In this document: positions 1 to 7,952 of the stretch, in pieces
Numbering within the stretch: the stretch's first letter is position 1
Layout of the letters: every line of letters starts with the position of its first letter
DNA from: a bacterium
GTDB lineage: Bacteria > Zhuqueibacterota > Zhuqueibacteria > Oceanimicrobiales > Oceanimicrobiaceae
Reading direction: 5' to 3'
Assembly (NCBI GenBank): GCA_046758365.1
Contig: JBHIAC010000102.1
Coordinates: 1 to 11,990, forward strand
Length of the DNA stretch: 11,990 nucleotides
Made by a program: the position numbers and the translations under genes
Notes under the pieces: model-generated
Databases searched by the model: none
Seen by the model: only the letters and a program-made list of their open reading frames with translations
Told to the model about the DNA's origin: nothing

Positions 1-51
1 AATCTCGAATTGCATGAGAAAATTCTTGAATCATTACCTGAATTGAATTAA
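1..51 (+). CDS. Possible 3' end of an upstream gene (NLELHEKILESLPELN*), unidentified; could be non-coding
   Basis: Frame +1 is open from base 1 to TAA at 49-51 and reads like an amphipathic helix. Only 16 codons are visible. Confidence 0.3.
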   Translation, partial: NLELHEKILESLPELN

Positions 52-119
52 ATTATGTCATTTCCGAACCATAAAATAATATGTTAGGCACATAGAGTAA
101 ATAAACAACGAGGCTATAT

Positions 120-440
120 ATGCTTTCAAAAATTGATAAAGACATAGCACAGGAATTAAAAAACAGATTAACAAAAGTAATACCTATTCTTGATTTCAAA
201 ATCTTTGGATCACGTGCTAGAGGAGATGCTTCAGATGAATCAGATTTAGATGTATTCATAGAAGTGGAGCAAGTAACATCAAACCAATGACAGCAAATTT
301 CAGAAATTGCTTGTGATGTAGGTTTTGAAATGGATCGTGTTATAACTACTTTTGTTGCTACAAGAAAAAATTTAGAAGAAGGACCATTAGGAGCTAATCC
401 AATACTGCAAAAAATTGAAAGTGAGGGTATACGATTGTGA
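120..440 (+). pseudogene. Minimal nucleotidyltransferase (MNT/MntA-like antitoxin) with an internal stop codon
   Basis: Manual translation from ATG 120 (GAGG at 110-113): MLSKIDKDIAQELKNRLTKVIPILDFKIFGSRARGDASDESDLDVFIEVEQVTSNQ*QQISEIACDVGFEMDRVITTFVATRKNLEEGPLGANPILQKIESEGIRL*. It has the Pol-beta superfamily motif FGSRARGD...SDLD and the typical MNT ending I..EG..L. In-frame TGA at 288-290 (codon 57); final stop at 438-440. Confidence 0.88.
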
Positions 441-529
441 AAGAAGATCAGTTAAAAACATTGATATTAGATGATGCTAAAAAATTCATAAAAGAAATTG
501 AATCATATTTAAATTCACAAGGCTATTGA
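437..529 (+). pseudogene. Remnant of the cognate HEPN toxin, apparently internally deleted (30 aa)
   Basis: GTG at 437 overlaps the MNT stop (GTGA coupling): [30 protein letters not shown]. The A..F...I..YL pattern resembles a HEPN C-terminal helix. No R-x4-6-H catalytic motif is present. Identity is inferred mainly from position. Confidence 0.6.
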
Positions 530-542
530 AAGGAGTAAATCT

Positions 543-1679
543 ATGTCCTCCATGTTATTTACTTCTGAATCTGTAACTGAAGGACACCCGGACAAAATTG
601 CAGATCAGATTTCAGATGCTGTCTTAGACGCCATCTATGAAAAAGACCCATACGGCCGAGTAGCGTGTGAGACCTATGTTACCACAGGATTGGTTATTGT
701 AGGAGGAGAAATAACCACAAAAACTTACGTAGATATTCCAAGCTTGGTGCGTGGAACCATCAAAGAAATTGGCTACACCGATGCAAGCTATGGATTCGAT
801 TATTTAACCTGTGCTGTGATAAATACCATTCAACAGCAATCCCCTGACATTGCCTTAGGAGTGGACAAAGACGGGGCCGGCGACCAAGGTATGATGTTTG
901 GGTTTGCCATTAATGAGACCAAAGAACTTATGCCGTTACCCATTATATTGGCTCATAGGCTAACCAGGCGATTGGCGGATGTCCGGAAAAAAGGTGTTTT
1001 ACCGTATATTCGGCCTGATGGTAAATCTCAAGTCACTGTGCATTACATCGATGGCAAGCCTTTGAGTGTTGACACGGTTGTCATTTCTACCCAGCACGAG
1101 CCTGATGTCAGCCAGGAAACAATTCGGGAAGATGTAATCGAAAAGGTGATAAGACCTGTGATTCCCAAAGATTTCATTGATGAAAGTCAAATCGTTTTCC
1201 ACGTAAATCCCACCGGCCGATTTGTGGTCGGGGGGCCGCACGGAGATACAGGTTTGACCGGACGTAAAATAATCGTTGACACCTATGGCGGTTACAGTCG
1301 ACACGGCGGTGGAGCATTTTCTGGTAAGGACCCAACCAAAGTGGACCGTTCCGCTTCTTATGCCGCCCGCTATGTGGCCAAGAATATTGTAGCTGCAGGT
1401 TTAGCAGAAAAATGCGAAATCCAGTTGGCTTATGCAATCGGAGTAGCTCAGCCAGTTTCTATAAACGTAGTCACATTTGGTACCGGGAACATGCCAGATC
1501 AAGAGATTGCAAGGCTCGTTCCAAAACATTTCGAGTTAACTCCGAGAGGAATTATGGAAATGCTGGATTTGCGCAAACCTATTTACAAGGCAACTGCCGT
1601 CTATGGCCATTTTGGTAGAGAAGAAAATGGTTTTACCTGGGAAAAGACGGACAAAGCAAAAGACTTGGGTAGGGGATAA
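543..1679 (+). CDS. metK: S-adenosylmethionine synthetase (methionine adenosyltransferase)
   Basis: Signature motifs [42 protein letters not shown] and [25 protein letters not shown] upstream. Confidence 0.99.
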   Translation: MSSMLFTSESVTEGHPDKIADQISDAVLDAIYEKDPYGRVACETYVTTGLVIVGGEITTKTYVDIPSLVRGTIKEIGYTDASYGFDYLTCAVINTIQQQSPDIALGVDKDGAGDQGMMFGFAINETKELMPLPIILAHRLTRRLADVRKKGVLPYIRPDGKSQVTVHYIDGKPLSVDTVVISTQHEPDVSQETIREDVIEKVIRPVIPKDFIDESQIVFHVNPTGRFVVGGPHGDTGLTGRKIIVDTYGGYSRHGGGAFSGKDPTKVDRSASYAARYVAKNIVAAGLAEKCEIQLAYAIGVAQPVSINVVTFGTGNMPDQEIARLVPKHFELTPRGIMEMLDLRKPIYKATAVYGHFGREENGFTWEKTDKAKDLGRG

Positions 1680-1712
1680 TTTTTTTTACCTATACATTTT
1701 TCTGACCTTTAA

Positions 1713-2990
<1,278 letters not shown>

Positions 2991-3026
2991 TCATTCCAAA
3001 GTTATATTTTCTCCTGTTTACAAATC

Positions 3027-3060
3027 AAGCCTCATGTTATTTTAAGAATGAGGCTTTTTT
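3027..3060 (+). terminator. Rho-independent terminator of the metK-ahcY operon
   Basis: Perfect 9-bp stem AAGCCTCAT (3027-3035) / ATGAGGCTT (3048-3056) running into a T tract, 36 nt after the ahcY stop. Confidence 0.85.
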
Positions 3061-3080
3061 ATTTCATCCCTTCACCTCCT

Positions 3081-3124
3081 CCCTTAATCTCCTTATACCT
3101 TATACCCTTATACCTAAGCCCCCC
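3081..3124. repeat. Short tandem repeat (CCTTATA x3 plus degenerate copies) in a G-depleted tract
   Basis: CCTTATA at 3091-3097, 3098-3104 and 3106-3112, flanked by CCCTTAA and CCTAA. Only one G on the + strand in 3054-3147. Confidence 0.7.
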
Positions 3125-3227
3125 TTTCTCATAACCAACACATACCAGCGAGAGCATTCAACCCGGAACGTTATGACGATTTCATGAACAATACTAAAGA
3201 TTCGTCCTCAAGCTGTCGATTTTAGAG

Positions 3228-3233
3228 TATAAT
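3228..3233 (+). promoter_or_regulatory. Candidate -10 box for the lipoprotein-barrel operon
   Basis: Perfect TATAAT 46 nt upstream of ATG 3280, downstream of the ahcY terminator. No convincing -35 element. Confidence 0.35.
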
Positions 3234-3279
3234 AAACTTTTTTCATATTATTCAGAAACCTTACCGTATGGGGTGAGAA

Positions 3280-5358
3280 ATGCGCAACAACTTTGTCCAA
3301 ATTAAGAAATGGTTTGATGATAACCATTGGATGGCTATCTCTTCAGTATATCTAGTAATTTTGATTTTTTTGATTTTCAATGTGATTCATTGTTCATTTA
3401 AAAAGCCAAGTGCACCTTCTTGGGATGTCGATGTCACCATCCCCTTAATCAGTAAAGTTTATACTATGGCTGAAATTGCTGAGGATGAATCTATCTTGAG
3501 TGTGGATAGTACTGGATTACTTGCCTTGGAATTTGAATCTGAACTGGATACTTATTATGTAAGAGATCAATTAAATTTGGAACAAATGCAAGAAAATTTC
3601 TCATCAGAACTAGGGCTTTTCACTATTGCCTCGCCGGGCTCTGAATCAATGAATATGGCATTATGGGAAATCTTTTCGCAGGCAGAAACCTTTCATGGAA
3701 CAACAACTGTAGTACCACCATTTAGTTTTTCAACAGATAGAAGACCTTTAAATTCTTATGAAAATTTTTCCTATGTGAACATTAATACCGGAAGTGTTAC
3801 ACTGGAAGTAATAAATAACCTTGCTGTGCCGCTTGGAAGTCCCTTAAATCTCGAAATCTGGAATACCTTCGCAGATACCCTGATATCCTCAATCACACGC
3901 TCTGTACAAGTGTTACCTGGCGATACAACCTACTTTCAGCTAAGTTTACAACAGAAAAAGATGCCCAATGCCCTATCCCTTAGATTCTCAGGCGACTCTC
4001 CTGGTAGCCAGGGGAAATTAGTTTATGTAGATAAAAATAGTAGCTTTGAGATTACAGCTATAATAAGCGAACTTCTGGTTTCCGAAGCCCTGGCTCAAGT
4101 ACCAAGCCAAACTGTCTCGAGACAAGACCATGTTACAATAACCGATTCGCTCGTAGTTCAGGAAGCGGTGATTGAGGCAGGTGAAATTCAGTTCTCTTTA
4201 GCAGGAAGTCTACCGCTGGACGCTATGTTATATTATGAGCTTCCGGATTTCATTTCCCCCTCTGGCAAGGCTTTGATTGATTCTATTCCGATATATAAAA
4301 ATACAACTACTGACTTTTCAATTGATTTAATTAATCATACGCTCCAACCACAATTCGAAGAATTTGGCCTACAAACAATTAAGTTTTTCTGGTCCATAAA
4401 AACGGTCGATACTGGAAATAATATGGTTTTAGTCAAAAGTACTGATTTTGTTAACGCCAATATAATTTTATCTAACATTCAGTTTTCTCAGTTTTCTGGT
4501 AAAGTAGGCAGTAGAAAAATCGAGGTAAATCAAAATGATATAGAATTTGATATTCCGGCTGAATTAGACAGCATTTACTTAGAAACAGCCTGTATGGAAC
4601 TTCACATAAACAATGGAATTAACTTTCCAGCGAAAACAGATTTAAAAATTGAAGGCCAGAATGAAACTGGTAAAGTGGTTGAACTTGATGTAAAAGGAGA
4701 CATTCAACCAGCCATACAGCCCAGCATTCCGGTGACATCGGTAATCGTATTAGACCAGCAAAATAGCAACATAAAAGATTTCATCAGCATATTACCAAAT
4801 TTCATCCGTGTATTCGGTCAAGTCAATATTGGAGATGACACCTGGGTGGGCACGGTTTCGAAAAATGACTTTGTAAATGGAACAGTTAAAATTAGCGCCC
4901 CCCTGGCCTTGAAACTGCCTCCCCAAACCATCGAGTCCGATGTCAATGGAGTGGATATTGATGAGGATACCAAGGAGGATATTGATAAAAATTTGTCTTC
5001 TGGAAAATTCTATGCTGAAGTAAAAAATCATCTTCCTTTGGGCGCTTCGGTGGAATTTGTTTTTGCCCAGAACGATTCTACCATTTATCAAAATCCTATT
5101 CTTAGAATTGGACCCATCGGGGTAGATGCGGCTTCTCGTGATTCCTTTGGCTTTGTGAGCACGGCCAAGAACTCTGAAATAAATCTGAATTTAACCGAAG
5201 ACGATATGCGTACTTTTTTGAAGTCTCCCCTTTATGTGGGTCTCCGTATTCTGTTAGAAGGTACCAATGATGAGTTTATACGTGTTCGTGCCACAGACTA
5301 CCTCGAAGTTAAATCGTACGGTAAAATTAATATCAAAATAAATCCAAAACAAGATTGA
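3280..5358 (+). CDS. Hypothetical exported protein, probable lipoprotein, with four tandem ~130-140 aa beta-rich repeats
   Basis: 692-aa ORF with a GGGGTGAG RBS-like motif. The hydrophobic segment VYLVILIFLIFNVIH ends in Cys38 (atypical lipobox VIHC), followed by KKPSAPSWDVDVTIPL. Internal repeats are visible by eye. Confidence 0.85.
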   Translation: MRNNFVQIKKWFDDNHWMAISSVYLVILIFLIFNVIHCSFKKPSAPSWDVDVTIPLISKVYTMAEIAEDESILSVDSTGLLALEFESELDTYYVRDQLNLEQMQENFSSELGLFTIASPGSESMNMALWEIFSQAETFHGTTTVVPPFSFSTDRRPLNSYENFSYVNINTGSVTLEVINNLAVPLGSPLNLEIWNTFADTLISSITRSVQVLPGDTTYFQLSLQQKKMPNALSLRFSGDSPGSQGKLVYVDKNSSFEITAIISELLVSEALAQVPSQTVSRQDHVTITDSLVVQEAVIEAGEIQFSLAGSLPLDAMLYYELPDFISPSGKALIDSIPIYKNTTTDFSIDLINHTLQPQFEEFGLQTIKFFWSIKTVDTGNNMVLVKSTDFVNANIILSNIQFSQFSGKVGSRKIEVNQNDIEFDIPAELDSIYLETACMELHINNGINFPAKTDLKIEGQNETGKVVELDVKGDIQPAIQPSIPVTSVIVLDQQNSNIKDFISILPNFIRVFGQVNIGDDTWVGTVSKNDFVNGTVKISAPLALKLPPQTIESDVNGVDIDEDTKEDIDKNLSSGKFYAEVKNHLPLGASVEFVFAQNDSTIYQNPILRIGPIGVDAASRDSFGFVSTAKNSEINLNLTEDDMRTFLKSPLYVGLRILLEGTNDEFIRVRATDYLEVKSYGKINIKINPKQD

Positions 5359-5371
5359 GGAAAGAATTACC

Positions 5372-6649
5372 ATGAAATATCTGATTGCAACATCTAAAAT
5401 ACTCTCAACTGTCTTTTTGATTCTGGTAGTTGCTTTCATGAGCCCTGCACTTCAGGCACAATCAGGAATTTCTAATCCCAGGAGTGTGGCTATGGGAGGA
5501 GCCTATATGGCCGTGGCGCGCGGGGTCGAAGCTCCCAGATGGAATCCAGCTAATTTGGTACTTTCGGGCAAAAATGTATACCAACTAAATTTAATTTCTG
5601 TCGGTTTAGGTTTTCATAACAATAGCTTTAACAAACAACAATATAATCTTTACAATGGCAACTACCTGGCCCCGGAAGACAAACAAGCAATATTGGCTAG
5701 CATTCCTCCTCAAGGTCTTCGTGTCGATTTTGATACTGAGATACAAGCCTTAGGTTTGTCTTTTGGTTCTTTTGCATTTGCCGCAGCCGGAATGGCGGCC
5801 TCTGATTTTACTTTGTCCAAGGATATTGTGGATCTAATTTTAAATGGTAATGAATTAAATCGGGTTTATAATGTGACAGCCACAGAAGGTGAAGGGTGGG
5901 CTGCTTCAAGTTTTGGAATTTCAGCCGGTTTCCCTATTACTATTCCAGCTTTTAAACAATTCGCCATAGGAGCTTCATTAAGCTACTTACGCGGATTCGG
6001 TTATGCCAAGGTAGTCGAAGCAAATAGTACTATGACTACTGAGATAAATGGAATACATGGCAGCGGACAGGTGGTCATTGATTACGCTCGTGGAGGAAGC
6101 GGCCTCAGTATTGATTTTGGCGCCGCGGCTATATTATTAAATGAAAAATGGACAGTCAGCTTCGGAATAAGGAATTTCCTGAATTACTTAAATTGGAACT
6201 CCGAAACCAAACGTTTTATTTATACTTTTACCACAGATTCTCTCACCGCAGAACAAGTTGAGGAATCAGACTTTGATTCTGTGTTTGTAGATTCAGATGA
6301 AACGATTCAGATCAGCCCTTTTAGTAAATCACTACCACCCGAATTGCGTATCGGGGTTGCACAAACGACAGACAGAATCACGTTCGCGGTGGATTATGTT
6401 CAAGGTTTGACCAGGGCCGCGGGCGTTTCAACGAATCCTAAAATTGCCTTGGGTACGGAATTCCGTTTCATTTCTTTTCTTCCCCTGCGTACAGGATTTT
6501 CTTTTGGTGGCAAAAATGGATTTTGTTCTTCAGCAGGCTTTTCATTAGAGCTTTCCATTTTCTCACTGGACTTTGCTATTAGTAGCAAAGGAGGAATATT
6601 TTCTGGTAGAGGCTTAGGAGCTGCATTTGGGTGGATGTTCAGACTATAG
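5372..6649 (+). CDS. Outer-membrane beta-barrel of the PorV/FadL/TraF-like clan (possibly DUF5723)
   Basis: Sec signal ending ALQA|Q. N-terminal hatch motif PRSVAMGGAYMAVARGVEAPRWNPANL. Alternating amphipathic strands (GLSIDFGAA, ELRIGVA, LPLRTGFSFGG, FSLDFA) and a terminal strand AAFGWMFRL. GAGG RBS; starts 13 nt after the upstream stop. Confidence 0.85.
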   Translation: MKYLIATSKILSTVFLILVVAFMSPALQAQSGISNPRSVAMGGAYMAVARGVEAPRWNPANLVLSGKNVYQLNLISVGLGFHNNSFNKQQYNLYNGNYLAPEDKQAILASIPPQGLRVDFDTEIQALGLSFGSFAFAAAGMAASDFTLSKDIVDLILNGNELNRVYNVTATEGEGWAASSFGISAGFPITIPAFKQFAIGASLSYLRGFGYAKVVEANSTMTTEINGIHGSGQVVIDYARGGSGLSIDFGAAAILLNEKWTVSFGIRNFLNYLNWNSETKRFIYTFTTDSLTAEQVEESDFDSVFVDSDETIQISPFSKSLPPELRIGVAQTTDRITFAVDYVQGLTRAAGVSTNPKIALGTEFRFISFLPLRTGFSFGGKNGFCSSAGFSLELSIFSLDFAISSKGGIFSGRGLGAAFGWMFRL

Positions 6650-6781
6650 TATTACCTAACGCTTGCGTGGCAGCAACTGCAAAATTTCGGTGAAAACCTT
6701 ATTCGGACTCGTATCCCACCCGGATCAAAAACTCACATGGCAAAAAATCCGTTGAATTCATCTATCGGTTGGGGATAATCA

Positions 6782-6833
6782 GAAATCATCGGATTTGAAT
6801 AATCTATTCATCCGATAATTTCCGTAAATCCGA
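6782..6833. repeat. Imperfect palindrome between convergent genes (REP-like element or bidirectional terminator candidate)
   Basis: 6782-6801 pairs with 6805-6822 (17 bp, one mismatch, one 2-nt bulge). TCGGATTT at 6789-6796 is also complementary to AAATCCGA at 6826-6833. Confidence 0.55.
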
Positions 6834-6849
6834 AGTCCTGGGCTAAGAA

Positions 6850-7926
6850 TTACTTGTGGGAGAAAGCCAACAAAATAATCCCCGATATCAAAAAAAATCC
6901 ATTGGCTAACCATGCGGCTAACCAAGGCGATAGTCCCCCGTTATGCCCCAAAGTTTGCGTAAATTTGACAAATCCAAAATAAAAGAAGCATATCACCAAA
7001 CTGACTATAAAGCCAACAATGGCGCCGCTTCTTTTCTTGTTTGAAGCTAATGGAGCCCCAAACAACACCATGATGAAATTGGCAAACGGGATCGAGATTT
7101 TTAAATGCAAATCGACTAACCAACGGTTCGGATTACCACCGTTCCTAATAACTTCCCTAATAAATGTTTCTAACTCTCCATAAGACATATCTTCTGGAGC
7201 TTTTTGGGATTCGGCCAACTGTTCAGGGTTAAAATCGAAACTAGAGTCCCTCAATATTTTGAAAGGGCTGGCTTTTTCATTCACACCTGAAAATGAACGC
7301 CTGTACCCGTTTAGTAAGACCCAGGTGCTATCTTCCCATTTCATCTTCGGTGCATCTACCCTTTCAACTATCTGGTTGTCATTATATTTTTGGACACTAA
7401 CTTTGTGCGCTGTTTTATCGTGGCTGTCGTAGTAGCCGATAAATATTCTGCGATTATCTTTTTCACGCAGGAAAATATTGGTGATTTTTGTGTGGATGCG
7501 TTTATTAATCGAATCCATGTATTCATTTTTAATATTTGTTCTGCTCTGATTCGCTGGCGGAACAATTTTTTCACCAAAAATTAATGCAGACAAACTCACA
7601 AAGATACTAAAAATCAATAGAGGCAATAATATTATATTCAAAGAAATTCCAACCGATTTTATGGCTGTTAATTCGTTATATCTGGCCATTTGACCCATGC
7701 TGAATAAGCTGGCCAAAAGCATGGCAACAGGTAGGACCAAAACCAATATAAATGGAATATAAAAGGCGTAATACTCTAAAATGATTAACTTCGGCACCTT
7801 TTTGTCAATAAACTTATCAAGATTACCAATCAAGTCCACTATAATAAAAATCAAAAGGAAAGTCAATAAAGCAAAACCTAAAATCATAATAAAGCGGCGT
7901 AAAATGTAGCGGTCTAAGATTTTCAT
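6850..7926 (-). CDS. lptG: LPS export ABC transporter permease LptG (LptF/LptG family)
   Basis: MKILDRYILRRF start, NELTAIKSVGIS coupling helix, 3+3 TM layout around a periplasmic domain, P(F)ANFIMVLFGAPL and LSPWLAAWLAN. The family-typical start is ATG 7926; the ORF track's ATG 7950 is the alternative. Confidence 0.9.
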   Translation of the reverse strand: MKILDRYILRRFIMILGFALLTFLLIFIIVDLIGNLDKFIDKKVPKLIILEYYAFYIPFILVLVLPVAMLLASLFSMGQMARYNELTAIKSVGISLNIILLPLLIFSIFVSLSALIFGEKIVPPANQSRTNIKNEYMDSINKRIHTKITNIFLREKDNRRIFIGYYDSHDKTAHKVSVQKYNDNQIVERVDAPKMKWEDSTWVLLNGYRRSFSGVNEKASPFKILRDSSFDFNPEQLAESQKAPEDMSYGELETFIREVIRNGGNPNRWLVDLHLKISIPFANFIMVLFGAPLASNKKRSGAIVGFIVSLVICFFYFGFVKFTQTLGHNGGLSPWLAAWLANGFFLISGIILLAFSHK

Positions 7927-7952
7927 AGAGTTAACAGAAGGGGTAATCATAT

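Noticed and set aside
53..259. 68-aa minus-strand ORF
   Set aside because: Antisense shadow of the MNT pseudogene, which carries the recognisable motif.
288..290. In-frame TGA in the MNT as selenocysteine or a reassigned codon
   Set aside because: TGA terminates ahcY and the 692-aa gene at sensible positions, Trp is encoded by TGG, the site is non-catalytic, and I see no SECIS-like hairpin. A nonsense mutation is simpler.
52..542. SAM or SAH riboswitch upstream of metK
   Set aside because: The space is filled by the TA remnant and no riboswitch consensus is recognisable.
5372..6649. Calling the barrel porV itself, or a conjugation gene traF
   Set aside because: Only clan-level motifs are visible and there are no conjugation genes nearby. 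Orthology needs an HMM search or tree.
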